Source: the human T2T-CHM13v2.0 reference genome, Homo sapiens. Taken from it: a DNA stretch of 64,000 bases. The notes beneath the pieces were generated by a model. That model saw nothing but the letters and a program-made list of their open reading frames with translations, had not been told where the DNA came from and did not search any database. The DNA lies in NCBI RefSeq assembly GCF_009914755.1, contig NC_060937.1; one strand, given 5' to 3'. Positions 16,306 through 30,641 of this stretch are shown piece after piece. A program made the translations under genes and the position numbers. Numbering within the stretch: position 1 is the first letter of the stretch; each line of letters begins with the position of its first letter.

Positions 16306-17862
16306 CACATTTTTACAATTTAAGTGCAGTTTTTTGGGGCCAGAGAACACAGATAATTCTATGATTGGGTATCTTAAAAATCTCATCTGGGAGGCAACAG
16401 GGTTAAATAAGAGGCAAAGTCATAATTGGTCACTTTAGCCAGAAGAGGAGGATGAGTGATGATTCCTGTGGTTGGAACAGTCTTTGGCCTGTTCAGTGTC
16501 ATGTGGGGTGGGGGTGGTGAGTGTATGTGTGGTGTGTGGTGTGCTCATGTGTGTATGTGTGTGGTCCGTTTGAGTCTGGATTTGTTACGGTAGTGGTGGC
16601 CTTCCCTGGAGTTGGTGCCTTGTGAAGTTGGTGACCAGGAGGTGCACCTGTCCAGCCATGGGGTTCACCCACCCCTGCGGCTCCCAAGCCTGGCTGCCAG
16701 TCCCAGCCCAGCTGGGGGCAGGTGGTCGGAGCAGGGTTAGGGGTAGGGGTGAGGGTTAGGGTCAGGGAGAACCTTGCAGCCTCAGCTTCCCATTCTCGGG
16801 GTGTAGGGACTTTCCCAGTGCTTGTGTGCCTTCCTTGTTTGGTGGCATCTCTAAACCAAGAATGTCAACTTCTGCCTTTAGAAAACTCGTGATCCTGCCT
16901 GTGCCACCTTCCAGTGGCATCATCCCCACTGCTGTCCACTAAGTTTGGGGCATCTGCCCTGTGATCTCTGCAACAGCCTTGTGTCCCCCTCCCCTGTGAA
17001 AAAAAGCTAAAACACAGGGGTACACCACTTAATCAAGGTCTCATAAATAGAGCTGGACCGGTGTCCCTGCCCCGCTCCGTCATGCCTTTGACAAGGAAGG
17101 GGCTGTGGTGTCAGTGGAGAGCAGGGTTTGATTTCTTATAAGCAGCTGCCTCATTGTCATGAGAACACCCAGCCTCGTCCCGTGGCTCAGCAGATGAGCG
17201 GGAGCTTATGCGCATGGCTGTTCCACCAGCACGTGGGGACAGCACCGAGCCGTGCCGTGGTGTGTGCGCAGATCACACCAGCATCACTGCTGCCAGCCTC
17301 CCCACCCCATCCCTGCACCTCCCACCAGCTCCCCCCCGCACCCTGCAGCTGGTGCTTTCATCCACAGGGCAGCCCCTCTCCATTCCCAATCCTGTAATCT
17401 CTCCTGACTTCTGAGGCGCACACGGCTCTTTCCTTGTCCAAATTAGCTTCCTTTCCTTTAACAACGTAGCATCTCTTAAAATAACAGCCATTTTACCGAT
17501 GCTAAATTATAACAACAAAATCATGTGTTTCTCTCTCCACCCACAGTAGAACACAAAAGCCTGTGCCTTCGCTGTTCTGGAGATGAAGGCCCAGGCTGAT
17601 GCAGGGGAGCTGGCGGGTGGGAAGAGAGAAATGCTCAAGCATGTACATGTGCCTTCCAGAACCGGCTTCCGTGGCATTGCTTAGACTGCTACACAGTCTG
17701 TCACTGGCTCCTGTGACCTGGCTGACCATGGCACTAGGTTCCTGTTCATCTCTGTTGTCTTTCTGTTCTGGATCCATAGCTCAGAATTCCGGGAAATGGG
17801 AAAGGAAACAGGGAAGTCGAGGCGATCTTTAACATTAGTATATATTTTAAGAAATAAACTGA

Positions 17863-18156
<294 letters not shown>

Positions 18157-18472
18157 TAGAGTCAGATGAGGATGCTGTTTTGCCTCATCTGTTCTCGCAC
18201 GTACAAGGGATGACCCAACTGTGAGGTTTCTGAGCCCCCACCAGCCTCCCCTCAGCAGCTGAAACATGCAGCCTCTCCTGTAGGACTACAGTGACAGAGG
18301 CCTTGCCCGGAAGTTCAGAGATGGCTTTCCCGTTCCCTGCCCATTTCAAAGCCTTCCTGCCCCCACCAGCAACATATACGACACACCTTCACACACGTGC
18401 ACGCCCCAGACGAGCCAGTAACTCTTATCTGTTTCAAAATTGCCTCACTCTGTCCTTATGTCTTCCCCCCAG

Positions 18473-18532
18473 ATTGTGACACAGATGTGAAAAGGGCCGT
18501 TGGAGGTGACAGACAGGAGGCCATCCAGCCAG
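18473..18532 (+). CDS. COL4A2: COL4A2 exon 26 (60 nt), non-collagenous interruption
   Basis: ttccccccag|ATTGT...CAGCCAG|gtactc; [20 protein letters not shown]. Confidence 0.94.
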
Positions 18533-19509
18533 GTACTCTGGGAAGTGCAGGTGGCTTTAGGACACTAGAGAACTCTCATTTGGTCTGCTGGTTAAGCTCT
18601 TGCAGTATGCGTGGGATAAGAAATATTAATAATATGTGCAAGCCACGTTTGATTTCCATGGCACAACATAGTGGCCTGGTGAGCACTATACATTGCATGA
18701 ATAACAACCTGGTAGAGACGGAGAGACATTTAACCAAACCCCTCTTGTCAGAAATCCTTTTTCACTGGAAAGCACCAGTGCATTCCAACTCAGCTCCACA
18801 GGCACGTGTGCTGCCAGGAGGGTCCAGGCAGAGGAGGCTGAGCCCAGCCCAGACGGTGGCGAGGATGTCAGGCCAAGATGGGAGCCTGGTCCAGATTCCC
18901 AGGCACACAGACAAAAGAAAGCTCCAAGAGTGACTGTTCTTGCAAGAGAGCCTCTTAGACAAAGGGCTCTCACAATACCCCAGCTGGAGTGTCACTGCTC
19001 CCAGCCACACCAACCAGAAGTGCCCACAGCCTTGATTTAATTTTGCAAGGTGGCTGATTGCTGTGGTTCATTCTGAAAGTAAACAAAGTCACAAAGGAGA
19101 AGTCAAATAATTCATTTTGAAATCGCAGGCTATCTCCATTGCTGGCAGATGCTTCCAGACAAAAGAAAAGCATCCACACTGACTTGCAGGGTAGCAGCCA
19201 GATTAACTCGGTTTGCACCCAGGCTACTGCCCTGCAGGAGGGAATCAATTGTTTGCCAGCACAGTGCCAGTTTTTATTTGACTAGACTGGCTTAGTTTGC
19301 ATTTTATACGAATATTTTGATTTCATTACACAATGAAATTAAACTTTTATTTACATCAGAACCAAGATGAATTAAATCATTAAGTTACTCTGATCCCAGA
19401 ATGGTAGCCGGTTTGCACAGCTCGTGCTTTTGCCCTTGGGGATCCCCAAGGCCGTGGGACTCAGTGTTTAGGATTGCTTGGGCTCATCTTTTCTCCTTTC
19501 TGTCCCCAG

Positions 19510-19566
19510 GTTGCATAGGAGGGCCCAAGGGATTGCCAGGCCTGCCAGGACCCCCAGGCCCCACAG
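19510..19566 (+). CDS. COL4A2: COL4A2 exon 27 (57 nt)
   Basis: tgtccccag|GTTGC...CCCACAG|gtaatg; [19 protein letters not shown]. Confidence 0.96.
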
Positions 19567-21686
19567 GTAATGCACGGAGGGAACCTGGAGTGCACCCAGC
19601 CTTCCTCCCACATCTTCACACTGCTGTGTCTCCCCCGCCCATCTTTCCTCTGGTCCTGCATCCCCCACCCCAGACATGGTCGTGTCCAGCATCTCAGCAC
19701 AAACTGGTCTTGCGCCTACAGGGAGCCCACTGTCATTTGCCACTATAGAAAAAGGAGTCTGGTAGCTGACACTTAGTTGGGGCCAGGCTAGAAGAGAAAA
19801 TTCAGCCATGGCTGCAGGGGAACGCCCCCAGGGGCAGAGATGGAAGCCTCGTGTTTAGGACTGGAAAGGGGTTGCACTTCTATGTATTTTCTTTTTATGC
19901 CTTTCCATCCCAGGATCTAGGGGAAGAACCTACAGGAGAGGATGCTTTCATTTGGGTTTTGATTAACAGGAAACGGGAATAAACAAGGCTAGAGTGTTTT
20001 GTCTCTAGCACCTGGGAGGACCTGGGCTTCTATCTGCTGGCCCAGGCCATCTCTCAGCCCATGTGAGAAAGAGTCTGGGCGCCCTTCACAGAGCCCATGC
20101 CTAAGGCCGCCTGCGTGTCCAGTGTTGGCGGTGCAGGCCTGGCTGGCCACCATTGCCGTCCCGCCTGCGCTGCGATTCTGCTGCCCTGCACTCCAGGGTC
20201 TCCGTGGGCCTGTGAGCATCGGGGAACACAGAGCCAGGGCTTCCACTCAAGCAGGAGGAGGGCTGGACCCTGAGAGGTGGCTCTATGCCTGTGTCCATCA
20301 GCCTGAGAAAAGCAAGTTCTCTGAGCAGTAGGAATTCCCCTTTGGATGTCTCTTCCACTCGGCCTGTGATGGGGCCGGGGAAGCATGTCACTTGGGTAAC
20401 TCAGTGTCACAAGCACCAGACACAGCCAGAGCTGTTCTCACTTGTTTCTTCTGGAACTAAGTCCCCACCTATGCAAGATGAATAGTGCAGACAGGTGTTC
20501 TAGATGCTTCCTGCTGCACAAATCATGCCCTCACTGCTTCCCGTGATAAACTGTAGAGAGCGACACCAGTGTAGTATGAACAGCAATGAGAGTTAGGAAA
20601 GTGGACGGACACATTCTATGTGCCCTGCACCTTAAGGGGGTCTTCGGAGTGCACCGTGATCACAGGGCCTGGGGAGCACAGGACAAATGCAGAGGTATCA
20701 TTTGCACTGTGAGCAGAGGTAAAGGCTCCTTGTGTTGTCTTCTGAGAACTGAGCTTGTATCTTCCGCGTTCCATTAGACCTGCCCCCGGTCTAATTCCAT
20801 CCATGGATTTCAACACCGTCACTCATACAGCAACCCCCAAAATGGTGACAACTCTGCATGTCTCAGGTGGTCAGGGAGAACCAGAGGCCAGCACGCTCAG
20901 CACACACCCAGACTACAGCCGTGTGCCAAGGCCGGTCTCCGGGAAAGCTCCAGTGATGCGAGTGTGGGTTTCTGAGGCTCCGGGGCTCCCCCAGCCATAC
21001 CCAGTTATTTCCATTTCATGCCCAGGCCCCCATTACTGGGAGCCCCTTGCTGGCCTCCCATCCGCTCCTCCCTCTCACTCCTGCTGTCCGCACTCCACTT
21101 TCTAAGAGTGAGGGTGGGTTTGATCACACACATCCCCTTCCCAAGAGGCGCCAGGAACGGGGATAAAAAAGTGTGGCAGATGGGTTTTGTGACATGGCTG
21201 AGGAACCTCAGCCCTTCAATTATCAGAAAACACTTCTGGAGCCCACACACTGGGCCAAGCAGGATTCAAGTGTTTGAAAAGAGTCACCTCATAGTCCTCG
21301 TGGCGTCCTCATGAGGCAGGCAATCCTTCTCCCCACTTTACAGGTGAGGAAACTGAGGCACAGAAAGTTGTCCACGGTCACACAGATAGAATGGTAGGGC
21401 CAAAATTTATAGCCAAGCATCTGACCCCACCTCCAAAGCCCTCATTTAGAGCACTGTAGAATCTAAATATTGGATATTATCATTCTTATGGTTCCAGTCC
21501 GTAAACAGGATTTTAAACACTGAAAATCATTCTGTAAGCCTGGAGGTGCTGTTTCAGGCTGATATTACCCCCAGCCTCATCATTTCCCGGTTTCATGAGA
21601 TCCACGTTAAGTCAGATGCCAAGCATGACCATGCCCATTTATCCTCGTGGAGCCTGATGTGGTTTGTGGTTTATTTGGTTATTTAG

Positions 21687-21794
21687 GTGCCAAAGGCCTC
21701 CGAGGAATCCCAGGCTTCGCAGGAGCTGATGGAGGACCAGGGTCCAGGGGCTTGCCAGGAGACGCAGGTCGTGAAGGGTTCCCAGGACCCCCAG
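21687..21794 (+). CDS. COL4A2: COL4A2 exon 28 (108 nt)
   Basis: ttatttag|GTGCC...CCCCCAG|gtgagt; [36 protein letters not shown]. Confidence 0.96.
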
Positions 21795-22302
21795 GTGAGT
21801 TGAGATCAGACCCCCATTCAGCCCCTGGGTTCCAGCGGGGACCTGTGTGTGATTCATAAGCATCCAGCTCTATTATCTTCCACTTTGTAGAAGCTGTTTT
21901 AACAAATACTTGACAACTTTTGCATTTGTCCTTGGGAGATTAGAAATTCTTGATTTTTCATAACTGATATTGTACTGGGTTTTTGCAGAAGCTATTTACA
22001 GATCTTGCAGGAAAAAGGAGACAGGTGTTTCGGAATGGCTGTCCTCCGCAACACCTGTCTCCCAGGTATGTCCTCAGTGTTAATAATGATTAATATTAAA
22101 CATTCTAAGGGCAACACAAAGTTATCCTCTCCTGAAAGAACCCTTAAAGGCATAAATAGCCCTCTCACGATGTGGCTGCAAGAGCTTAAGGCATTAATCT
22201 GTATGTGGAGGAAAATGAGGTTTCCCTTAACCAGCTCTGGTGAGGAGTACCCACTTGCGTGTCAGCATGCTCTGGAATGCAGCCAGGCATCTGCAGACAT
22301 AG

Positions 22303-22687
<385 letters not shown>

Positions 22688-24578
22688 GCACACATCTTCA
22701 ATAGTGTTTGTCTAATGAAACCATGGAAGCCATTGTGGACAACTTTCCACCCGAGATGAAACATCCTTCCACAGGGTCCTGGGCAGGTTCCTGCAGCCTC
22801 TGCTGGAGTCCCACTTGTCACCTAGAACCTGTGGCACATTGGAACCCTCTTGTTGCTAGAAAGTTCCTCCCTGGAATACAGCCTGCCTCCCAGGGAGTTC
22901 TCACCGGGCTGTTCCTGAGCCACACAGTTGACTTCCTCATAACCACACACCCTGAGAGAGGCGGCCACATCTCCCACAGACGTCTCATGAACAGGCAGAA
23001 CTGACCCCGGGAACACACACTTTCTTTTAATGACATCGTTCCATGCCCTTGGAATTCTGAGCAACCTTCTAGGACCCCCACTTATCAGGATTCTTTTCCA
23101 ACTGGGCTCTAGAAACTGAATAAAGCGCTCCCCATGTCTGGAATATCACACAGAACATCGGGACTGTTGCGCCCTTAGGTTGAACATCTTGCAAATGTTC
23201 CCAGTGAAGACTAATTGAACCCTGCCCCTCCCCTGAACTCCACTCAGATAGCTGATGTAAGCCTCAATGCAGAAGTGTCTGTCCGTCCCTGATAGATGGT
23301 ATCTTTCGGAATTTCGTGTTGCAGCCCGTAGGGATTGTTCCAAACCCTGACCCTGTTTCCTTTCATATGATGCGTTTCTCCATGTTTTGCAAAATTGGGA
23401 AGCAGGCTTCCTGTGTCTGTATCAAGGCCCTGGTAAAAACAACTCTGCATTCGAATGAAGCAAAGGAAGTCTCCATGCCTCTGCCCCAGGGGTTGGTCTC
23501 TGTGGTTTTGTTGCCCTGCTGGAAGTGTCTAAATATTTAGAAGTGTAACATTGCCACTCTCATGATTTCATATATACTAAGTTTAAGCATTCATGATTTT
23601 GAGAGAAGGATAATAATTCCTGAACAGCTTCTTGCTGTGAGTATGAAAGTTCTCTGGTAATTGTGATTGGAGTGCCCAGCCATGTGTGCGTGAACGCCAC
23701 ACGGGGCTCCTCTGTAGGGGGGAATGGATGGGATGCACCCATTATCAGGTGATTTGGACAGTTGCCCACGTGAGTTGGGAGCCTGTTCCACCATCAAATG
23801 TGAGCCCTTACGTCATGAACAGGGAGGCTGGGGCAGGCTGGGGGTGGGTGGTGACTGAGGAACTGATCAGTTTCTGAAACGCATGTCACTTTTTATGGTG
23901 CTGAAATATACTGCCCTTCTGTCGCCACATGCAGAAGAGGATAAAATGCCCAATTCAAGGATTGCAAAAATCAGAGAGTCTATTCCAGATCTAAGACCCA
24001 CACATGCAAACCCAAGTGCATGGCTCCCTGGGTACAGTTTGTAACATTGCCAGTGAAAGTCATGTCTCTTCATTGTGAGTAAATCACACCGTTAAAACTC
24101 TGAGTACGGTCTAGCTGATTAACGTCAGGTTAATCCAGATCCTTTATTCTGTATTCCAGTTACTCCCAGCTCCCAGGCAGTGATGGCTTTACCGGCCCAG
24201 GAGGGCCCCGGGCCCTGCTCATTGGATCTTTTTGGTGGGATACACCCCACAGAACACAGAAAACATTCCCTTTTCCGTATCCATACATAGGAGTGCCGAG
24301 CCTGCCGTGTACTTGATCTTGTCCCACAGAATCACCTGCCAGTCTCATCGTTGCAGGCTTCTCTCCTGCATGCACAGCGAGGGTGGTGGTGACCTCAGAA
24401 GCCTTTCCTTCTGAGCACTGCGTGACTGTCAGCTGTGGGAGTTCATTCTGAGGCCATGTCAGGGCTGACTGCACCGAAAAAGGAAGTGACCTGATGAGAT
24501 CATTTTATCCAGTGGCACCCACAAAAGACACAGGACAGCTGCCTTCCCTCCATCCGCAGATGGGACTTGATGATTTTC

Positions 24579-24865
<287 letters not shown>

Positions 24866-25405
24866 GGGACTTGATGATTTTCATGGTCAATACAACAGAG
24901 GGGTGTCGTTCCTCTTTGAAGCGTTTCCCAACCGACAGTGACGGGTTTCTACCAGGGAGATGTTACGGCAGGCAGCGTTTTGGCTCTGACGGCCCTGTTC
25001 GTTCCTGCCTCCCTGGGATTTTCCATCCCGAAGTGCTGTTCCTCACTCAGCACAACCTAGAAGGTCCCACAAAAAGCTATTCTTTGGGGCTTATTTGCAA
25101 AGCAGGGGAACCCATGAATTATGCAAATCGAGGTCCAAGGAGGCGTTGTTGGCTTGTCCACCTTCACTCAGTTTTAGGGCTGGGGGGCCGAATGGCGGGG
25201 CAAGCAGAAGAAACATAACCAACAGAACGACATGGCGAAGGTTGTAGGTTCCAAAAAGGGCGACAGGGACAAGGGCTCGAGCTGAGGAATGCCTTCTGAG
25301 GACCCCATAGCCAAATTTTTGCTGTTTCCAGCCTCTTTTTGACTCTTCTCTTAGAACGTCACCATGCTAACTTGTGGTTTGGGGCCCACCCATGTTTCCT
25401 TTTAG

Positions 25406-25627
25406 GGTTCATAGGACCCCGAGGATCCAAAGGTGCAGTGGGCCTCCCTGGCCCAGATGGATCCCCAGGTCCCATCGGCCTGCCAGGGCCAGATGGGCCC
25501 CCTGGGGAAAGGGGCCTCCCTGGAGAAGTCCTGGGAGCTCAGCCCGGGCCACGGGGAGATGCTGGTGTGCCTGGACAGCCTGGGCTTAAAGGCCTTCCCG
25601 GAGACAGAGGCCCCCCTGGATTCAGAG
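25406..25627 (+). CDS. COL4A2: COL4A2 exon 29 (222 nt)
   Basis: ccttttag|GGTTC...TTCAGAG|gtgagt; [19 protein letters not shown]...GDRGPPGFR. Confidence 0.96.
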
Positions 25628-26312
25628 GTGAGTGCCCCATCGGGGAGCCGGGGGCCCCATCCCAGATGCACAGTGGCCTCCAAGGGCGACCCCAATCCCT
25701 TCCGGGGGATTTGGTAGGAAGCAGCGGTGCCCTATAGTGCTAGCCATGCGTACCTTCTCCCATGGCCTTCCAGCACTCCTTTAGAATGTGTCTGTCACAA
25801 CACTGTGACTACCCACGGTAGCCAGTGCGATCTGGCCATCTGAGAACTTTGACAGGTGTGGATTCACTGATGTAATCTGTTGTCAAGTTGCATATGCCTG
25901 GCTGTGACAGGGGCCGTGACAGGCTCACTGTTTGTCTTGGCAGAATCTGTACAGGTGGTATGAAGAAAAGATGGGCCCTGGCCATGCTTAGTCAGAGGTG
26001 AAGAAGGAAAATAGAAATAATCTGGAATGCAATTCTATTGGTGTAAAAATTAATACATTTTTTAAAATGTCTTAATGTTGTTTACAGTGTTATCAATGTA
26101 TCTCTATCAAAGTAGACAGAGCATCCCTGGTTTCATGAGTGACAAGGCACCCGGTGGCTTTAAGGGTTCAACTGATGCCAAATCGGCTTTGGGAACCCGA
26201 GCCCCGAGCTTTAATGAAAGATGATGCCATGGACAGCAAATGTTCACACTGGGTGAACCCCAGGCTGGGGATTGCTAGATCATTGCAACCTGCCATTCAG
26301 TGTTCCAAATCA

Positions 26313-26663
<351 letters not shown>

Positions 26664-27019
26664 TTATCTGTTGATGGCATTGTCGTTAGTCCCTGCTGCC
26701 AACCCCAGCCCGAAGAGGCTTCTCTGTGGTGTGGGAAGCAGGTGTCGCTCCCCTGATTCTGCCATCAGCCCACATCAGGCATCCTAAGCGAGATGGAGGC
26801 TAGGCCTCCACTGGCAGGCGAACCCATGAAGCTCAGGAGCATGAATTGGTTTTCGGATGAGCCTGTGAGATTCCTAGCAAGGCCTGGAAGGGTTGGGACC
26901 CAGGACAGGGGAGTTTTGATGATGATGAGACTGATCAGTGCCCCCAGCTGTTGATACTAGGGAGCGCCCATGGGTGCCACAGTTCACTGAGAGAGCAAGG
27001 AAGAGCCTAAGATGGCCAG

Positions 27020-27590
27020 AGTGCATGCATGCACACACACACACACACATTCACGGTCACACTCATGCACATGCATGCTCACACATGATCACATACACAC
27101 ATGCAGATACCTACACACGTGCCTATGCATGCTCACACATGATCACACTCCTTACACACGTACCCACACACGTGCCTGTGTACACTCACATGATCACACA
27201 CGCACGTACCCACACACGTGCCGTGCACACTCACACATCACACACGCACGTACCCACACACGTGCCTGTGTACACTCACACATGATCACACATGCACGTA
27301 CCCACACACGTGCCTGTGCATGCTCAAACATGATCACACACTCCATACACACACGTACCCACACACGTGCCTATGCACACTCACGATCACACACATGCAC
27401 ATACCCACACACGTGCCTGTGCACACACGATCACACACACGTACATACCCACACACGTGCCTGTGCACACTCACACATGATCGTACACTCATACACACAC
27501 GTACATACCCACTCGTGCCTATGCACGCTCACACATGATCACACACTCACATACACACACGTGCCTATGCATGCTCACACATACACATCC
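27020..27590. repeat. CA-rich degenerate ~46-50-bp tandem repeat
   Basis: recurring cacatgatcacaca...cacgtacccacacacgtgcctgtg units. Confidence 0.9.
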
Positions 27591-29543
27591 AACCCTGAAC
27601 CAAGCCAGCTAGAGCAGGTTGTTGGGTGAAATTACGAGGATGGGGAGGCCTCGTGCTCGGCCATCCAGATCTCCCCTTTCCAGTCCTACTGACTCTCCAG
27701 GTCATTTATGGAAGATAAGATGCAAATCAGCGCTGTCTGCAGAAACTGAGGACTCGGCGCTGAGAGGTGGGGCTCTGTGTGTCAGCCTTCCTGGAAGGCA
27801 CTTAAATGAGTTCACAGAAGGCAAAGTGAAGGACATACGTAGGTGACTCGAGTGTCCACCATCGACCTGTTCTGCAACCCAGCTGTCAAAATCCTGCCCC
27901 AAGCTCTTTGACATAAGGGTACTTCTGGTAGAATTTTTTTAAAACTTAATTACTTCCTGCAGGCTTCAGAATGTTTGAGCATGAAAACAAATGGAAGCAG
28001 GCTTACTTTCGATGTCTTATTAAGGTCTTTACCATGATCAATGTTACCTTTATGACAAGCTTCATATGCCTTGTTAGGCAGAATGTTTTGGATGGTAAAA
28101 ATCCTGACTCCCAAAGCATCAACATTCCAAGTAACTACTTCAGTTTCAGTTCCGCTCACCAGTGCTACAGGAGCAGCGTGCAGCGGGTCCTGCTTCCATT
28201 CGACTGGCTGTGCAGGACGGCCACAAACACACGCAGGTGCACCCTGCGCTTCTGAGCAGAACTCTCGGAATGAAGTAATGCAGACGTCCACAAATGAGAT
28301 GTGATTTCACTGAGGGAGGCTGATTTTTAGCAGTTGTTCCTTTTTTAACAGATAGTCTATAAGTGGAAACTGACCTGAAACATTCAGCTCTAAAGAAATA
28401 ATCACAAAGCACCTCGGTGCCTGATTTTTGCAAGGCAGTCCTTGCCGGAGGATCGGGCATTCGTGCACATTCACCCGGAGACCGTGCTGTCCACTTCCAG
28501 AAGGGGAGGAAGGGCAGCGCTCAGAAGCACGCCCAGACTGTCTCCAGCCCTGCTGCCCCCTGCTGAGGCCATCTCGCCTGCTCAGCCCCCAAGTTCCCCC
28601 ACAGTCCATGTCCCTGGGTTATGAATGTCACCTGGTGTCTGTCAGATCCCCACCCCATTGTTCTTGTCAATGAGCAGGAGTGGGGTGGACCTGCCATCGC
28701 TGCGAATCCTTTACAGCCTGCAGCGCTGCCTGCCAACTCTTCACAACCATTAGCACCCACTAACAATCCATTTCCCCTGGAGCTCTTCACTCTAAAGATA
28801 GAAGACCAAAAAATAGAAGTGTCCTCATTTCTCACAGTACTACAGGAGGAGGTGAGAACCGATGCATCCGTGCATCTTAGAGAATCTCATTTCAGACCTC
28901 GGCTTCGAGTGCGCCTCCTGCTCAGTCAGCCCTCTTCCTCGCTGCAGGTTGACGTGGTCAGACAGTGCGCAGTCAGCAGCCTGACTCTCGGTTCTGGGTT
29001 GGTCCAAGACTGACCGGGTCCCTTTTGTCACTGCCCCCTCCTGTGCACCCCCCTGGCTTGTCTGCCTCCCTGTCCTGGACCAGCCCTGCACACCTGCAGG
29101 GTGGCTGTGAGGCTACGTGAGTGTGTGGACTGTAAAGTGGTGGCAGGAGTGTGCACCTCCGGTGTTAATAATCGGAGAGCAGCTGCGACAAGCGTCAGGC
29201 TCACGAAGAGAGGGGGAAATGCCTGAATATAAGGAGGTCCAGGGAGCTAGTGTTAAAAACTAGAAGAAAACAGATGCCCTTAGTGTCTGACCACTGGGCA
29301 GGACAGGATATTCCAAACTTAAAATGAAGAGAAGAAATCACACATGTGCACACACACCCACACACACACCATATGAAGTTTGAATACAAAGGTTAGTATC
29401 CTGCATGTGGAAAGCAAAATTAAACTTTGAGCAGCAGAATAAACTTTACAATAGATATGAAGGAAAATTCGTCAGTGTATATGAGGAATACTAAAATCTA
29501 TCAGGAAAATATAAAACTCCCCAGAGGAAAATAGGAGCAAAGA

Positions 29544-29688
29544 GGCCGGGCACAGTGGCTCATGCCTGTAATCCCAGCACTTTGGGAGGCCAAGGCGGGC
29601 AGATCGCATGAGCTCAGGAGTTTGAAACCAGCCTAGGCAACATGGCAAAACCCTGTCTCCATTTAAAAAAGAAAGAAAGAGAGAGAAG
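29544..29688 (+). mobile_element. Alu left monomer (FLAM-like or partial)
   Basis: ggccgggcacagtggctcatgcctgtaatccc...ccctgtctcc then A-rich tail; gagcaaaga repeated on both flanks. Confidence 0.85.
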
Positions 29689-30479
29689 ATATGAGCAAAG
29701 AACTAAAACTTCACCAAAATCAATAACCAGGAGAAAGAAACGTAGATCATAATGAAGAACAAGCAAGCGGATCCCCCGACACCACGTTTCACTGCATCAT
29801 GACTGCCAGGGTTCCATTTTGCTTCAGTGCTAACGCTCAGTGCTGGGGAAACACTGGTAGAATAAATGGGTTTAGACTTTCTGAATCAGTGCGATGTATC
29901 TTTTAAACAACATTAAATTAGTGTTTGCTTTGATACACGATGTCAGTTTCTCAGGCAGTTTCCTAAAGAAATTACCTACGACATGGACATGGATAAACAT
30001 AGCAAAAAAAGAAAACTCCCCAACTATTCCTGACAGTGCTGTTTGCAAAAGTGAAAAAAATGGGGAGGATGCGATGGAATACATTCAATGTGTCCAGATG
30101 ATAGAGTTTTATTCATGTAGTTATTTTAAATGTTTGCAAAGACTATTTTTAAATGTGGCAAAATGTTCAAAATATAATGTCAAGTGAAGAAAACTAGGTT
30201 AAAACTATACTTATAGTGCCATGTCAACTCTGCAAATGTCTAGTTATTTATAGGAATAGACAAGGGCAGGAAGGAAATTCCCAGTGGTAGTCATTACCGC
30301 TGGGTGATGGTGTGCCTTACCTGATTTTATCCTTTATACTTCTTTGTGTTTTCCTGATTCTCTAGAGTCCAGAAAAGCATGAATTGCTCTTTTTACAGAA
30401 TGAGTGTGTGGAGGGAGATGCTGTCTGTGATGAACAGTCCAGAGTTGGCCCCCACAGCTCTTGTCTCTGATTCCTGCAG

Positions 30480-30641
30480 GAAGCCAAGGGATGCCTGGGA
30501 TGCCAGGGCTGAAGGGCCAGCCAGGCCTCCCAGGACCTTCCGGCCAGCCAGGCCTGTATGGGCCTCCAGGACTGCATGGATTCCCAGGAGCTCCTGGCCA
30601 AGAGGGGCCCTTGGGGCTGCCAGGAATCCCAGGCCGTGAAG
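30480..30641 (+). CDS. COL4A2: COL4A2 exon 30 (162 nt)
   Basis: ttcctgcag|GAAGC...CGTGAAG|gtaaga; [16 protein letters not shown]...GIPGRE. Confidence 0.96.

Noticed and set aside
26938-27629. His/Thr-rich ORFs (up to 205 aa)
   Set aside because: Translation of the CA-rich repeat.
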